A stretch of 64,000 nt of DNA from an uncultured Nitrososphaerales archaeon (GCA_963695855.1 CAVOHZ010000010.1:288001-352000); one strand, 5' to 3'. Shown: positions 44,077 through 56,022, counted from the stretch's first letter. The notes: a model not told the origin generated them from the sequence alone. Translations and numbers: made by a program.

Positions 44077-44388
44077 TTAAATTCCACTATTTTCTGACTT
44101 TTTAATCTCTATCGTAACTTTGTCTCCTACTTTTAAGCCAGACTCTTCATATTCGCGTATACTTAATTTGAATGTAGGCGCATCACCAAAAGCCATGCTA
44201 CCTCCAAACATCCTAGATAGGTTTTTAGTTAAATCTTCTGGAGACGTAAAAGCCATACCTAAATCACCGAAACGCGATTGCTGTTGCTTCCCTCTTCTAG
44301 CAGTTTTAGTATCGCTAAATACAATAAAAACAAAAGGGCCTTCATCCTGAGAAGCCTCAATTTTTGACACTACAAATTCATTCTTCAT
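44077..44388 (-). CDS. Conserved archaeal hypothetical protein (arcadin-1-like OB fold possible)
   Basis: EFVVSKIE...LSIREYEESGLKVGDKVTIEI. Confidence 0.6.
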   Translation of the reverse strand: MKNEFVVSKIEASQDEGPFVFIVFSDTKTARRGKQQQSRFGDLGMAFTSPEDLTKNLSRMFGGSMAFGDAPTFKLSIREYEESGLKVGDKVTIEIKKSENSGI

Positions 44389-44656
44389 AAATAATGTTAT
44401 TCGTTTTACTTATTAGAATGCTTGGTTTCTAGACTGTCTTATCATTAACGCATTGGAATCTTATTTAGCAACGCTGTCGGCATTTACCTCTCTTCCTGGG
44501 GTACATGTTCATCTGAGCGCAACCTAATTCTACTTCACAATATCAATTCGGAACTCAAACTGACATCATTATGAATTATTTCTAGATACCATCATACAAG
44601 ATCTTATTGTATCTACACATCTTTCCATTGTAGAAAAAAATTACAAAAAAAATTAA

Positions 44657-45391
44657 TCATATATTGTAAAACTCTATTGATTGTCCATTCTTATAACTTT
44701 CATTAAATATCATATCGAAAATCTTTATTGCAACTTTCTCAGGTTTCATCAAATTGAAATTAGGTTTAGTAAATCCATTTTTTATAATATCTTTCATCAT
44801 GTTTGTATCTACCCCACCAGGACATATGGCCATGATTCTTACATTCTCACCAATAACTTCTTTAGCCACACTTTCAGTCAAACCTATCATACCGAACTTG
44901 CTTGCGCAATACGCAGAAAAGTTTTGAAAACCAGACTTTCCAGCACCCGAGCTAACATTGACAATAGTAGCAGAATTATTTTCAAACATAAATGGAAGTA
45001 CTTCCTTGATAAATAGAAAGGTTCCTTTTAAATTAGTATCAATAGTTTTATTCCAATCTTCCTCAGTAGTATCTATTATACTTTTAAAAAATATTGTACC
45101 TGCATTATTAACAAGAATATTAATTCCTCCAAATTTTTTCAACGTTGCATCAACAAGAAATTTTACATCAGAATGTCTGGTAACATCACATTTTAAACCT
45201 AAAATATTTTCTTTTTGGGAAGGAAACCTAAGTTGAAATTCCTTTATCACATTTTCTACGCTATTTTGATTTCTAGAAGATATGGTTACATTTACCCCTT
45301 TTTTCAATAAGAGAAATGCAGTTTCTTTACCGATGCCTCTTGTGCTTCCAGTTACGATTGCCGTATTTTTGTTTTGCTGCTTTGCCTTCAT
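44657..45391 (-). CDS. Short-chain dehydrogenase/reductase
   Basis: TGSTRGIG, NNAG, YCASK. Confidence 0.93.
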   Translation of the reverse strand: MKAKQQNKNTAIVTGSTRGIGKETAFLLLKKGVNVTISSRNQNSVENVIKEFQLRFPSQKENILGLKCDVTRHSDVKFLVDATLKKFGGINILVNNAGTIFFKSIIDTTEEDWNKTIDTNLKGTFLFIKEVLPFMFENNSATIVNVSSGAGKSGFQNFSAYCASKFGMIGLTESVAKEVIGENVRIMAICPGGVDTNMMKDIIKNGFTKPNFNLMKPEKVAIKIFDMIFNESYKNGQSIEFYNI

Positions 45392-46263
45392 AATAATATG
45401 TTGTTATGTGTGCTATTGTATTAATTTTTAAAAATGAAGGATATTACTCATTCTAACAGATTTTATGATTTTCTAAAGCAAATAAGCATTTAAATATCCG
45501 AAAGTGGTGTAATATTACAACCACTGAATATTCTTTATAGCGTATTTATTTTGCAGGAACATCACAGAATTGCTAATGCCAATATGACGAATTCATTGCA
45601 ACCTATAGGAATATACTCTCCCAATCAGTGGTGTTGGAGAGAAGGGAAATAGATTAGTCAAACAGACATATCGGTAGCTAGTCAAACTCTTTACTATGAA
45701 AATAGTAGGTTGTTTTTTCTTTCTCTCCGTACTAATTATTTTATTTTGATATTTCTGTATTCATTATATTCTTCGTATACATAATTCTCATTGGACAAGT
45801 CATGTAATGCCTTGATCATAAATATCCCAATAATCATGTTCTGGAACAACTTGAACAGTTCGGTCTTCTGTACTTCCTACCTGTTTCCTAGTCATTACCC
45901 TCTCTAGAATAAAGGCGATCTCTTTTGCATCCTCGAACTTGAGCGCATATTTTTCGGCCTCAAGTTCATTTTTCGAAAGTGCAGAGTTCTCGATTGTTCG
46001 AGTTTAGTGAGTGAATATCTATCCATTTAATCCCGTCTAAACTCCATCTTTTGTCTGAGTACTCCACAAATAATCATTCCTTTCGTTATTTTTAATATAT
46101 CAGATTAATATATCCATAACGGAGATTTCTGATTCTATAGTCATTATTTTTGATTCTGTTGGTTTACAAAATCTCCCAGATTATAAAACCTCTAAAACAA
46201 ATAAAGCGACTAAATATAAAAATCCTTAATTAATTCATCATAATACTAGGCAGACCAATACCA

Positions 46264-46516
46264 AAGATGTGAAGAATGTTTTACGAATAATCTAACTCCA
46301 ACTCAATTCAATCTACTACTGCACCGGCCGGAACAGGCATTACCAGTCAATCAATTAAACCTTTAAGACCTATGCACAATACTAAATCTCATCGAAAATG
46401 GCAGTGAGGGAACAGAAACATTGAGAGGAATATCAAGTGGGACTAGTGACCACGATATTAACGCAATATTGAATTGTTTGGCAAACTCGGGTTTAATTAT
46501 CCGACCAGAAACCTAA
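46264..46516 (+). pseudogene. Orphan C-terminal module of the secreted family
   Basis: RCEECF...DLC...DINAILNCLANSGLII parallels ACENCF...DLC...IILQCLEDLGII of 32761-33435; frameshifted, no N-terminus. Confidence 0.55.
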
Positions 46517-46691
46517 AATTCTTTTTTTGAATATGAAACTCTAGCGAATATAGGATAGCACCTAAAGATCATTTCTAACTAATTATGTTACTATAGTTTC
46601 TTTGGAGCGTTATTTCTGAATGTTCAATTACTAGATTTGCAGGTAATGTTCCTTCCAATCCCAGAAATATTTTGATCGTATGTAACTATAT

Positions 46692-47099
46692 ATGAACAAG
46701 AAAAAAGCACTATTTCCCTCTATATTACTAATAGCCTCAGGCCTGTTAACCTTAGGACCATTAATAAATACCCAGGCTCAAATCTACGAATTCGATTTGG
46801 GTAATGATCATTATAAAGTATATCCAGATCCAAAAAAGAGTTCTGATGTGATTTTACAAAAATTAAAGTGTGTGAATAGTAACATCAATGTAAATGGTAT
46901 AGATATCACTGAAATACCTCAAAACCCTACTGCGCTAGCAGCAGCAAATGAAGGAGGTGCTGAAGAAACACCAGAAGCAGCAAATACTCAAAACGATAAT
47001 GTTAATGGAAACGGAATTAACGTAGACAGAAACCTTGTAAATATATGTGTAAATGTTAATGTGAACGACCAGATAAAAATTAGTCCTCCAGAAGAATAA
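46692..47099 (+). CDS. Secreted 'KCVNSNINVNGIDIT' family protein, probably cut short by a premature stop
   Basis: Core motifs intact; QICEE..SVL continues after TAA 47097-47099. Confidence 0.7.
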   Translation: MNKKKALFPSILLIASGLLTLGPLINTQAQIYEFDLGNDHYKVYPDPKKSSDVILQKLKCVNSNINVNGIDITEIPQNPTALAAANEGGAEETPEAANTQNDNVNGNGINVDRNLVNICVNVNVNDQIKISPPEE

Positions 47100-47535
47100 C
47101 AAATATGTGAAGAGTACCTTTCAGTTCTAATTCAACCACAAATTTCCTGTCCATTATCAATTGTGGACGAAACATCATTTGCAGCGTATTGAGACACTCG
47201 CGCTGGTACGACAAATATTGTATATGAAACAGAAGATGTAATATAGGCCTTATTTCAGGTACCAGTCATGACCGTACAAGTGATGAGTGCCATAATAGAA
47301 TATCTAGTAAATTCAGGAGAAATTGACCCTCCAACAAATGAATAGCTTTTCTGTGGTGATGCAATAGACAATGATCATGACGGACAGACAAATGATGAGG
47401 ATCCAGATAGTCAAGAATAAGATGAAAATCCTCTTACTGATCTAGACTAATAAATTAATTTAGCATTACTCTAGAGACATCGCTAGTACCAGCAACAACA
47501 TAAGTGGTAGAAGATTTTTTGTTTTGCTTGATTGA

Positions 47536-47667
47536 TTAGTGTTGTATTTGCTGTTTTTCTAGATATCGGCAAATATGTTTCTTGTTTTTGCGTACTTCCC
47601 AATACTCTCCTTTCACAGGATTCCAGAAAATGGGAGTATTGCAACCGTAGCAGCATGTATTGTTCAT
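47536..47667 (-). CDS. 43-aa zinc-ribbon micro-protein
   Basis: MNNTCCYGCNTPIFWNPVKGEYWEVRKNKKHIC; paralogue at 32507. Confidence 0.55.
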   Translation of the reverse strand: MNNTCCYGCNTPIFWNPVKGEYWEVRKNKKHICRYLEKQQIQH

Positions 47668-47988
47668 ATTGTTTGTATCATTATTATTAATAGTATTTCT
47701 AATATTTGAAATATTGCTATATAGTATTGATACTATTAATACTTCTATAATTAATAGCATTTTCGATATTTTTTAAGTATTAAAACTCATTTCTTGTTTT
47801 TTCCGTTTAAAATAAGATTTTGAATAATATTTATTTATATTGGCTTGTTGCACTCGCGGATTTCACTTTCTACCTAAACATCATTTTCTATTCTTCTTAT
47901 CGTCAATAATTTATAATGATAGAATATTACAAGATTAGATAATGTTCCTTCTAACCATAGATATATTGAATTCGGATTTAACAATGTA

Positions 47989-48915
47989 ATGAACGATAGT
48001 AGCAATAGAATGATAGTTTTTGCTTCTATATTGGGAGCAATACTGGCAACAGATGTACTGGCTCTAAACCCATCACCAATAATAATGATTGCAGGAGCAC
48101 AATCGTACGGAGACCAGAAGTACGGATATGACAATAATAATCATCAAACAAAGAAAAGTAGTGTGAATATCCAGAAAATAAAATGTGTTAATAGTAACAT
48201 AAATGTGAATGGAATAGACATTACTTAGATACCTCAAGATGATACTGCCACTGCAGCAGCAAATGAAGACGGCGTAGCACTAACTGGACAACAAAATGGT
48301 AACGGACTAATAGATAGACTCAACGTAGAAAGAAATCTCGTAAATGTATGTGCTAACGTGAAGGCTAACGACCAGTTAAAGGTTGAGCCTCCTGAACCCT
48401 CAACATTAACCGTAAACAAAGAGATTTTTGGATGTGATAATATCTTTGAAATCAAGGACCAATTAATTATGAACTGTTTTATGCAAAATACTTCTCTAGA
48501 TTGGCTTCCCTGTATCGGTCCTACAATTAGCGATACACCATTCTGTCAATGATTACCAGCAAATCTATTTGATATTGAAGTATTAGATGACCAGAATAAT
48601 CAAATTCAGCAGTTTGAAGGGTCATTTCAGGGAACAACAATTCAGAATCTCCAATTAGGCACATATACAGTAAATGAGATAAGGGTTCCAAATACTACCC
48701 CAACCCCTGTCGACCAATTATTCGAAGATTCTGCCGCCCAAGTAACTTGTATGGGTTTTGGCTTTGACGGAGGAGGGGAATTGAATACAAATCCGCGGTG
48801 CATTATACCATCTGCTTTGAATATGAAGACGAGCAAGGCAACGACTGCAGTACTGTAACACTGGCAGCAGGAGAAGAAAAGACATGTACAGTAAAGAACT
48901 ATATACTTAGTGGTG
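47989..48915 (+). pseudogene. Secreted family paralogue of 41329-42111, with stops and frameshifts
   Basis: Collinear motifs; stops at 48226 and 48550; frameshift near 48800. Confidence 0.85.
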
Positions 48916-49600
48916 AAGGACGAAGCACTACGTAAATGCATATATGATGCTTAACTAAGAATGTGAGCGAGAATAAATCTCATCATTAATGACATAAACA
49001 AGACAACGAACAGAGGCTTCAAATCCCACGTCCCCTATTGAATCATTATTCATAAAATTTTTAAAATAAACAAAAATTAACTCAAGATATCTAAAACTTT
49101 ATCTATTATGTTACCGAACCCTGTTATAATGGAAATTCGAAGTCCTCAGAACCCCTATGTATAATAAAGTCATTATTAATTGCAACTGTAATTCCAAACG
49201 ATCAATATAACCTCAATTACTAAATAAATCAGGATACTTTTTGTAAATAAGATTTGGAATTGTATCTTTTCTATCGTCATTTGTAATTCCCCAAAAATGA
49301 CGTTGAAAGAATTTATCAAAACTATAACGGTATTTACGAGATCTCATATAATATTTTATGTTCAAATAGAATATTTATAACGTAATTTTTAAAAATTTCT
49401 TAAAATATTAATGAAATGAATCTTATTTTCTTATCCGATTTAAAATTATTTCATGTTACAGTAGCTAAATAATTTTAAAAAATTTCAACAAAAAATTTTC
49501 TGTCTATTACCTCATAGAATTTTTTTATTTTTAGTGAAACGATATTTGTTTATTGAATTAGGACCCATCATCATATAATTAGTGCTCAAAATGTAAAATT

Positions 49601-50791
49601 CTAGAGAGGTAGTAGTAAATTTATCTTATTCACAAACGTATTTTTTTCTATAGGTTTTCTAATTATATCACTCTTATTCAGTCCAGGGATTACAGATATT
49701 ACCTCATCTACAATATCATATCCCGTAATAAAAAGAAATTTTATAGTCGGATCAATAGTTTTGGCCTGTAGATAAAACTGCAATCCATTCTCTTTTTTTA
49801 ATACAATATCTGTTATTATCAAAAGATTATCATAGAATGGAATTGATGTCATGTATTGTAGTGCCTGTGTGTAATCTGTAAAGGAATTAATATTGTACTT
49901 AAATTCAGTCAAAAATGATTCCAAAGTGTATAAAACTTCAGGATCATCATCAACCAGAATAATTTTTTTTATATTATTATAATCTCTATATTCTTTCTCA
50001 TATTCAACCTGATCTTTCTGATCATCAAGAATAGAAAATTCAGGACCTCTTGTATTATTTAATTTGGAAATATATTGATTTTTATAGGATAAATTTTTTG
50101 GATATTTTCTTTTAATAATATAACATGAATATTTTGTATCCTCTAAAGTCATATACTCTCCTGATACACGAAACAATTTGCATACATTCTTTTGAGAACA
50201 AGTTTCACAACCATTTAAAACAGTAAAATCTTTAGAAAAATTAAACAAGTAATGCTTTTCGACAAAAGGTGAATAAGCTTTTAGGATTCTATAGAAATTG
50301 TCTCCTATTACTAATTCATTCGGGTTAGATAGAATATTAATTTTGGCACATAGGTTTACTGCGGATCCAAAAATATCTAATTGATTGTACTCGCCTGATA
50401 AGGCTATTTCAACCACTCCGTAATCCATGCTTATCCTATAGTTAAACGGTGGAAAGTTTTCAGCTGATAATTTATCATTAAGATTTTGACGATTTTCAAG
50501 TATTTCCAAACCGCATTCTAGTGCCTTTCCAAATCTTGAAATCTTTATAGTATCAGCAGTATCAGGGAAATAAAATAGTAATGAATCGCCAATATTTTTT
50601 ATAATCTTTGCATTATACTTTTTTACTATTTCATATATAGAGTTAATAAATGTCGAGTAATATTTTCTTGTATCACTTGAATTACTAAATTTCAAAGTAT
50701 TTTTTGTTGAATCTACAACGTCAATAAAGCAGATACAACTTTTTATGGAGTTACCTGAAAATCGTATTCCTTTAGAAGAAAAACGACTCAA
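49601..50791 (-). CDS. Class III adenylate/guanylate cyclase domain + C-terminal receiver domain
   Basis: FIDVVDST, KNIGDSL, DIFGSAVNLCAKI; LVDDD, ITD, FITG, IRKP. Confidence 0.88.
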   Translation of the reverse strand: MSRFSSKGIRFSGNSIKSCICFIDVVDSTKNTLKFSNSSDTRKYYSTFINSIYEIVKKYNAKIIKNIGDSLLFYFPDTADTIKISRFGKALECGLEILENRQNLNDKLSAENFPPFNYRISMDYGVVEIALSGEYNQLDIFGSAVNLCAKINILSNPNELVIGDNFYRILKAYSPFVEKHYLFNFSKDFTVLNGCETCSQKNVCKLFRVSGEYMTLEDTKYSCYIIKRKYPKNLSYKNQYISKLNNTRGPEFSILDDQKDQVEYEKEYRDYNNIKKIILVDDDPEVLYTLESFLTEFKYNINSFTDYTQALQYMTSIPFYDNLLIITDIVLKKENGLQFYLQAKTIDPTIKFLFITGYDIVDEVISVIPGLNKSDIIRKPIEKNTFVNKINLLLPL

Positions 50792-52077
50792 TCTTGAAAA
50801 CTTCCATAATTCTTTAAGATAATAACAATATTTGTAAAATAAATATCAATTAAATAAGAATGAAAATGTATTATATTAGTTTCCATTGAATAGATAAAAT
50901 TATAATCTTATTAAAATGATTTCATCCAATGAGTCCTTTCATTTATAAATATATCTAATTTTATAATATAATATCATGTAAATAGAATTTTACAATTGTC
51001 ATTGTCAGTAAATGATGAGTATAACTTGAAATTTAAGTAATCTTTTTAATACCACTTCTACTATATCAAAATTTTTCGGCGCCGAAAAATTATCCTCATT
51101 ATGGTATCAAATTGTTAAATAATTACTAACAATAATTCTTTACCATTGTTAGGAATAAAAACAATAATGCAAGAATTTATTGAGCAATACCTCCTTATCT
51201 CCTAATCATATAGATAGTTGCTCCATAATATTTCGAATAGACTATCTATAAGAAAATACTCTAATAAATATATTTATATCAATGCTTTCTACGAAAGCTT
51301 TATATAATTTTAAGTGTATTGGAAATGAATAGAATTTTATCTTTAAGTCTGATTATACTTGTAGCAAGTATATAGGTGTAATCGCAATTTCTTCAACTCT
51401 AATCTTTACACAGAGTCCTGAATTCTTAACTGTTGTCACCCGTAATTGGTCATTATAACTCGAATGAGTCCAAAGGTCAAAATCAAGTTTTATCTTCCTT
51501 ATAATTCCAGTATTAGTTTATGAAAAATACAATATCTGTAATTAAATTCTCTCTGAATAGCCTACGTTACCTGACTCAATTTTCTTGCTTCTTATCTGGT
51601 TAATACTATTACATCATTGTTGATTGGATGATATTTAGGAATAGATTTCTTTTCCATGTGATTTCTGTTGTAGGGTATGCTAAAAAGACCAAGATACTAT
51701 CAAAATCCTAATTACGGTATTCTTTTTCATATTGTAATTATTAACAAATACCTTATTTATTGTTCTAATATTATATCGATTCGACAGATCGATATAACTC
51801 TAGAATTACAATTCGTTACCATGATGTAAGGATTTGTTTTGTGCATGTTCTAACAAAAATATTCATAATATAAAAAGATGTTACCTCTGGTTGATATTGA
51901 CCTTCTTTATTTCGAAATCAGACAATAATTAATACTAAATAAAATCCCTTGCTAACGGTTCCAGATGTAGATTCCATTTTAGTTATTTAGGTAATCTGCT
52001 AGTAAAGAATTATTATAATAAATGTGTGCACACTTCAATTTTTACCAAAGGTATTTTATCTTGTATTTATTTTAATT

Positions 52078-52520
52078 CTAACCTTCTTTATCGCTTTCTT
52101 TTCCTATTTTTGAAATATGAGGTATTCGTGGAATTAAAACTGCAAAACCCGTTGCAACAATCGCTACTACATAGTATTCAAATCCTATTGCGATTCCTAT
52201 AGCGGCCGAAAACCAGAACTTCCAGCTGTAGTCAAATTTGTAATTTTTCCGTCTATTTAGCCCTTTGGTATCATTCCTGCGCCTAAGAATCCTATACCGG
52301 ATACAATCTGCGCTGGAATTCTAGAAGATGATTGGGGATCAACTACAGAAGATAAATTCGTAAATATCATTGAACCACAAATAACTAACGCATTGGTGCT
52401 AATTCCAGCAGGTTTTCCTCTAGACTCCCGTTCTGCACCAATAACAAAACAGGCAATTATTGAAAAAACCAGTCCTATCAAAAATTGAATTTCATTCTCT
52501 TTTATTAGCCCCTCTAACAA
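52078..52520 (-). pseudogene. MgtC/SapB family protein, disrupted
   Basis: IGAERE..KPAGIST, RIPAQIVSGIGFLGAG, stop at 52257, then NLTTA...AAIGIAIG in shifted frames. Confidence 0.85.
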
Positions 52521-53238
52521 TTCTTGATAGCAAATAGATGAATTTTTGTATCAATAAAAACGTTACCTTTCAAAATAAATATTTTTAATTTTTTAGCTTT
52601 TAATGGATAATTGATTATAATTAAAGAGAGTATTGTTATATCATTACTGACTCTAATGAATCACAATAGATAAAATGAAATTAAGTTGAAAGATAAAAAA
52701 AAAGACGAACAGTTATAACAAAAAAAAACTTAAATAACAAAAAAACAAGTATATTTTGTGGCATAATACTAAATGCAATATTTCTAAAATATTATTGGAC
52801 TATATGTATCAGAATGAAAAATAATCTCATATACAAAGAACAGATGTCATGTACTATCATTCTTTAACGACAAGACTTTTGGGAATTTCGTCGGTGAGTA
52901 AAAATAAACGATTATATTATGAGATAAAAAGGAACTAAAATCATTTGGTAAAGATAATTACAAATTAAAAATCATGTTTATTCTTTATAAGATGAAATTT
53001 GCTAGCAAAAGATCACTTTTTCAACCGCACCACTGAAATGATTGCCCAATACAAGGTAGTATATTATAATTATAAAACTAATACGAACAATTAAAATCCC
53101 AGAATAATTAATTGGATGATAGACATCCAGCAACAACATGCTCCTGATTAATAATATATGTTTACAGAACTACCAGGCAACTTAATGATCTAAATGTTTT
53201 TTAACCTAAGAATGCTAAAATCAAAATAAAATATACAA

Positions 53239-56022
53239 TTGTACGATAAAAAGGTAGAAATATCTGGTTTATGGCATACGGTTTCTGATCTGGATGTCAT
53301 TTCAAAGTTGGGTAGTAGCTCAACAGAAGGTCTATCTGATCAAGAAGTAAAAGAAAGACGAAAAATTTATGGTGAAAATATTATACCTGAAATTAAACAT
53401 CGTTCAAAAATTCGTATTTTATTTTCCCAATTGAAAAATTTGCCAATAATATTTTTATTAATTGCAACTATTCTTGCATATTCACTGGGAAGGAACCTAG
53501 AAGCCATATCAATAATCGTGGTAGTCTTCATAACTGCAGGAATTGGTTTTGTTATGGAAAATAGTTCTGAAAGGACTATTCGATCATTGGCAAAATTAGG
53601 ATCGCCCAAAGCAAAAGTTCTTAGAAATGGAAAGGAATTCCAAATAAATGCCCATGAATTAGTAGTTGGAGATATAATTGAATTTGAAGCAGGGGATAGA
53701 ATTCCAGCAGACTGCAGATTGATAGAATCTTTTGGATTGATAATCGATGAATCGCCGCTTACAGGGGAGTCTCTTGGTATTCTTAAAGATTCTAGTTTAA
53801 TTTGCTCCAATGAAACTGAATTGGTTGAGAGAAAAAATATCTGTTACATGGGAACTATGACCCAAGAAGGAAGAGGCAAGGCTATTATTGTAAATATCGG
53901 TAAACAAACAGAAATTGGAAGAATTGGATCTCTTTTAGAGAAGGTAATTGGCGGAAAAACACCGTTTGAAAAAAAAATTGAACAGCTCGGGAAAAAATTA
54001 GTTATAGTCATTCTTTCCATAACAGTATTTTATATAGTAATAGGTTATTTTCAACATTTTCCGATAGGATCTTTATTTCTAAGTGGTATAGTTCTAGCTA
54101 TTGCTGCTGTTCCTGAGGGCTTGCCTGCTATCGCTACTATTGCACTGGCATTGGGTGTGAAGAGGATGGCAAAAAAAAATGCCCTGGTTAGAAAACTTGC
54201 AAGTGCAGAAACTTTAGGTTCAATAACAATAATATGTACTGATAAAACTGGTACATTAACCCTAAACGAACCAACTGTAAAACAAATAATTCTAGGTGAC
54301 GGCATAATTTTACAAACTACAGGGTCCGGCTTTAATCCATCTGGAAAAATATACAAGGGTGTAACTCCACCAAATGAGAAAAACCTTAATGGTTATTTAC
54401 AAAAGACAGAAGATAAAAATCAATTACTATTATTCCAAACTATAACATTATGCAATAATTCTGAATTGTATTTTGATGGAATACATTGGAAAATTAATGG
54501 TGATACGACAGAAGGAGCTTTGATAGTTGCTTCAGAAAAGATGGGGTTTAAGAAAAGAGAGTTAGAAAAGGAATATCCACGAATATGGGAAGAACCTTTT
54601 GATTCAAAAACTAGGAGAATGATCACAGTGCATAAGCAAAAAAATAAATTATTAATTTGTATAAAAGGTGCGCCGGAAGAAATTTTTCCATTATGCAAAA
54701 GAATAATGGAAAAGGACGAAGTAATTGTACTTGATGAAGAAAAAAAGAACCAATTAAATGAAAAAATCAAAGATATTACTTTACAAGGATATAGAAGCTT
54801 ATTAATAGCCTTCATGGAGGTTGAATCGAATAGTAGTAAAATTAATTACAATTACAAATTCATTATACAGAATGAAGCGATCCTATTAGGAATAGTGGCA
54901 TTATATGATTCTGTAAGACCAGGAGTTTTGAATGCTATAGATTTTATTAAAAAATCTAAAATCAGAATAATGATGATAACAGGAGATCATCCATTGACCG
55001 CAAAAGCAATAGCAAAGGAACTGGGAATATGGAATATTGATAACAATGTTCCAGACGAATTTATGATGATAACAGGAAAAGAATTAGAAAAGTTATCTGT
55101 TGATAAATTGGCAGAAAAAGTTGAAAGAATAAGAGTTTTCGCCAGAACTACTCCAGAATATAAATTAAAGATAGTTGAAGCACTCCAAAGAAAGGGACAC
55201 ATAGTAGCAATGACTGGGGACGGAATAAATGATTCTCCAGCTTTAAAACAAGCAGACATTGGAGTAGCAATGGGAGAAAAAGGTACTGATGTTGCGAAAG
55301 AATCTGCGGGATTGATATTGTTAGATGATAATTTCAATACCATAACCCATGCAATCGAATTAGGTCGATTAATCTTATTCAATATAAGAAAATTTGCAAT
55401 GTTTCTATTGTCGTGTAATTTAAGTGAGATAATGGTAATGTTATTGGCGATAGCACTATCACTACCATTCCCCTTACTTCCTCTTCAATTACTATTAATG
55501 AATATGGTAACAGATACATTTCCAGCATTAGCCCTTGCTGCAGAAAAGGCAAACAGAGATGAATTGATGTTACGTCTTCCATCCAAAAACGAACCGGTAA
55601 TTTCAAGAAAAGAATGGTATTCCATATTCATTCAATCTCTATTTATGACCATTGGCACAATTGGAATTTTTCTCTGGGCACTAAATACAGATGAAGAAAG
55701 GATTGTTGCACAAACTCTAGTTTTTGCAACCATTGGAATGACACAGATCTTACACGTATTAAATTATTCATCATTACTTCGGAGATTTATTGATAATAAT
55801 CATAGAATAAATAAATATCTAATCGGTGCTATTTTACTCTCTTTAGGTATATTATTCATTGCAGTTGATGTAGAACCTATTAATGACATCTTTGAGCTAC
55901 ACAGGTTAAATTTGAGTGAATGGCTAACTTCATTATTTGTTTCCTCACTTTCTGTTTTTGGTGCTAGTTTAACTATTCGTATATTTAATAGTAAAATACC
56001 TTTCTTAAAAAACCTTAAATAA
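53239..56022 (+). CDS. P-type (IIA, Ca2+-like) cation-transporting ATPase
   Basis: TGES, VPEGLP, DKTGTLT, KGAPE, TGD, GDGIND. Confidence 0.95.
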   Translation: MYDKKVEISGLWHTVSDLDVISKLGSSSTEGLSDQEVKERRKIYGENIIPEIKHRSKIRILFSQLKNLPIIFLLIATILAYSLGRNLEAISIIVVVFITAGIGFVMENSSERTIRSLAKLGSPKAKVLRNGKEFQINAHELVVGDIIEFEAGDRIPADCRLIESFGLIIDESPLTGESLGILKDSSLICSNETELVERKNICYMGTMTQEGRGKAIIVNIGKQTEIGRIGSLLEKVIGGKTPFEKKIEQLGKKLVIVILSITVFYIVIGYFQHFPIGSLFLSGIVLAIAAVPEGLPAIATIALALGVKRMAKKNALVRKLASAETLGSITIICTDKTGTLTLNEPTVKQIILGDGIILQTTGSGFNPSGKIYKGVTPPNEKNLNGYLQKTEDKNQLLLFQTITLCNNSELYFDGIHWKINGDTTEGALIVASEKMGFKKRELEKEYPRIWEEPFDSKTRRMITVHKQKNKLLICIKGAPEEIFPLCKRIMEKDEVIVLDEEKKNQLNEKIKDITLQGYRSLLIAFMEVESNSSKINYNYKFIIQNEAILLGIVALYDSVRPGVLNAIDFIKKSKIRIMMITGDHPLTAKAIAKELGIWNIDNNVPDEFMMITGKELEKLSVDKLAEKVERIRVFARTTPEYKLKIVEALQRKGHIVAMTGDGINDSPALKQADIGVAMGEKGTDVAKESAGLILLDDNFNTITHAIELGRLILFNIRKFAMFLLSCNLSEIMVMLLAIALSLPFPLLPLQLLLMNMVTDTFPALALAAEKANRDELMLRLPSKNEPVISRKEWYSIFIQSLFMTIGTIGIFLWALNTDEERIVAQTLVFATIGMTQILHVLNYSSLLRRFIDNNHRINKYLIGAILLSLGILFIAVDVEPINDIFELHRLNLSEWLTSLFVSSLSVFGASLTIRIFNSKIPFLKNLK

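Noticed and set aside
32761-48915. Diversity-generating retroelement acting on the paralogous cassettes
   Set aside because: No reverse transcriptase in the window, and the differences between copies are not adenine-specific.
53367-55606. Several long minus-strand ORFs within the ATPase (similar ones lie within AMP phosphorylase and biotin carboxylase)
   Set aside because: Antisense shadow ORFs of well-supported genes.
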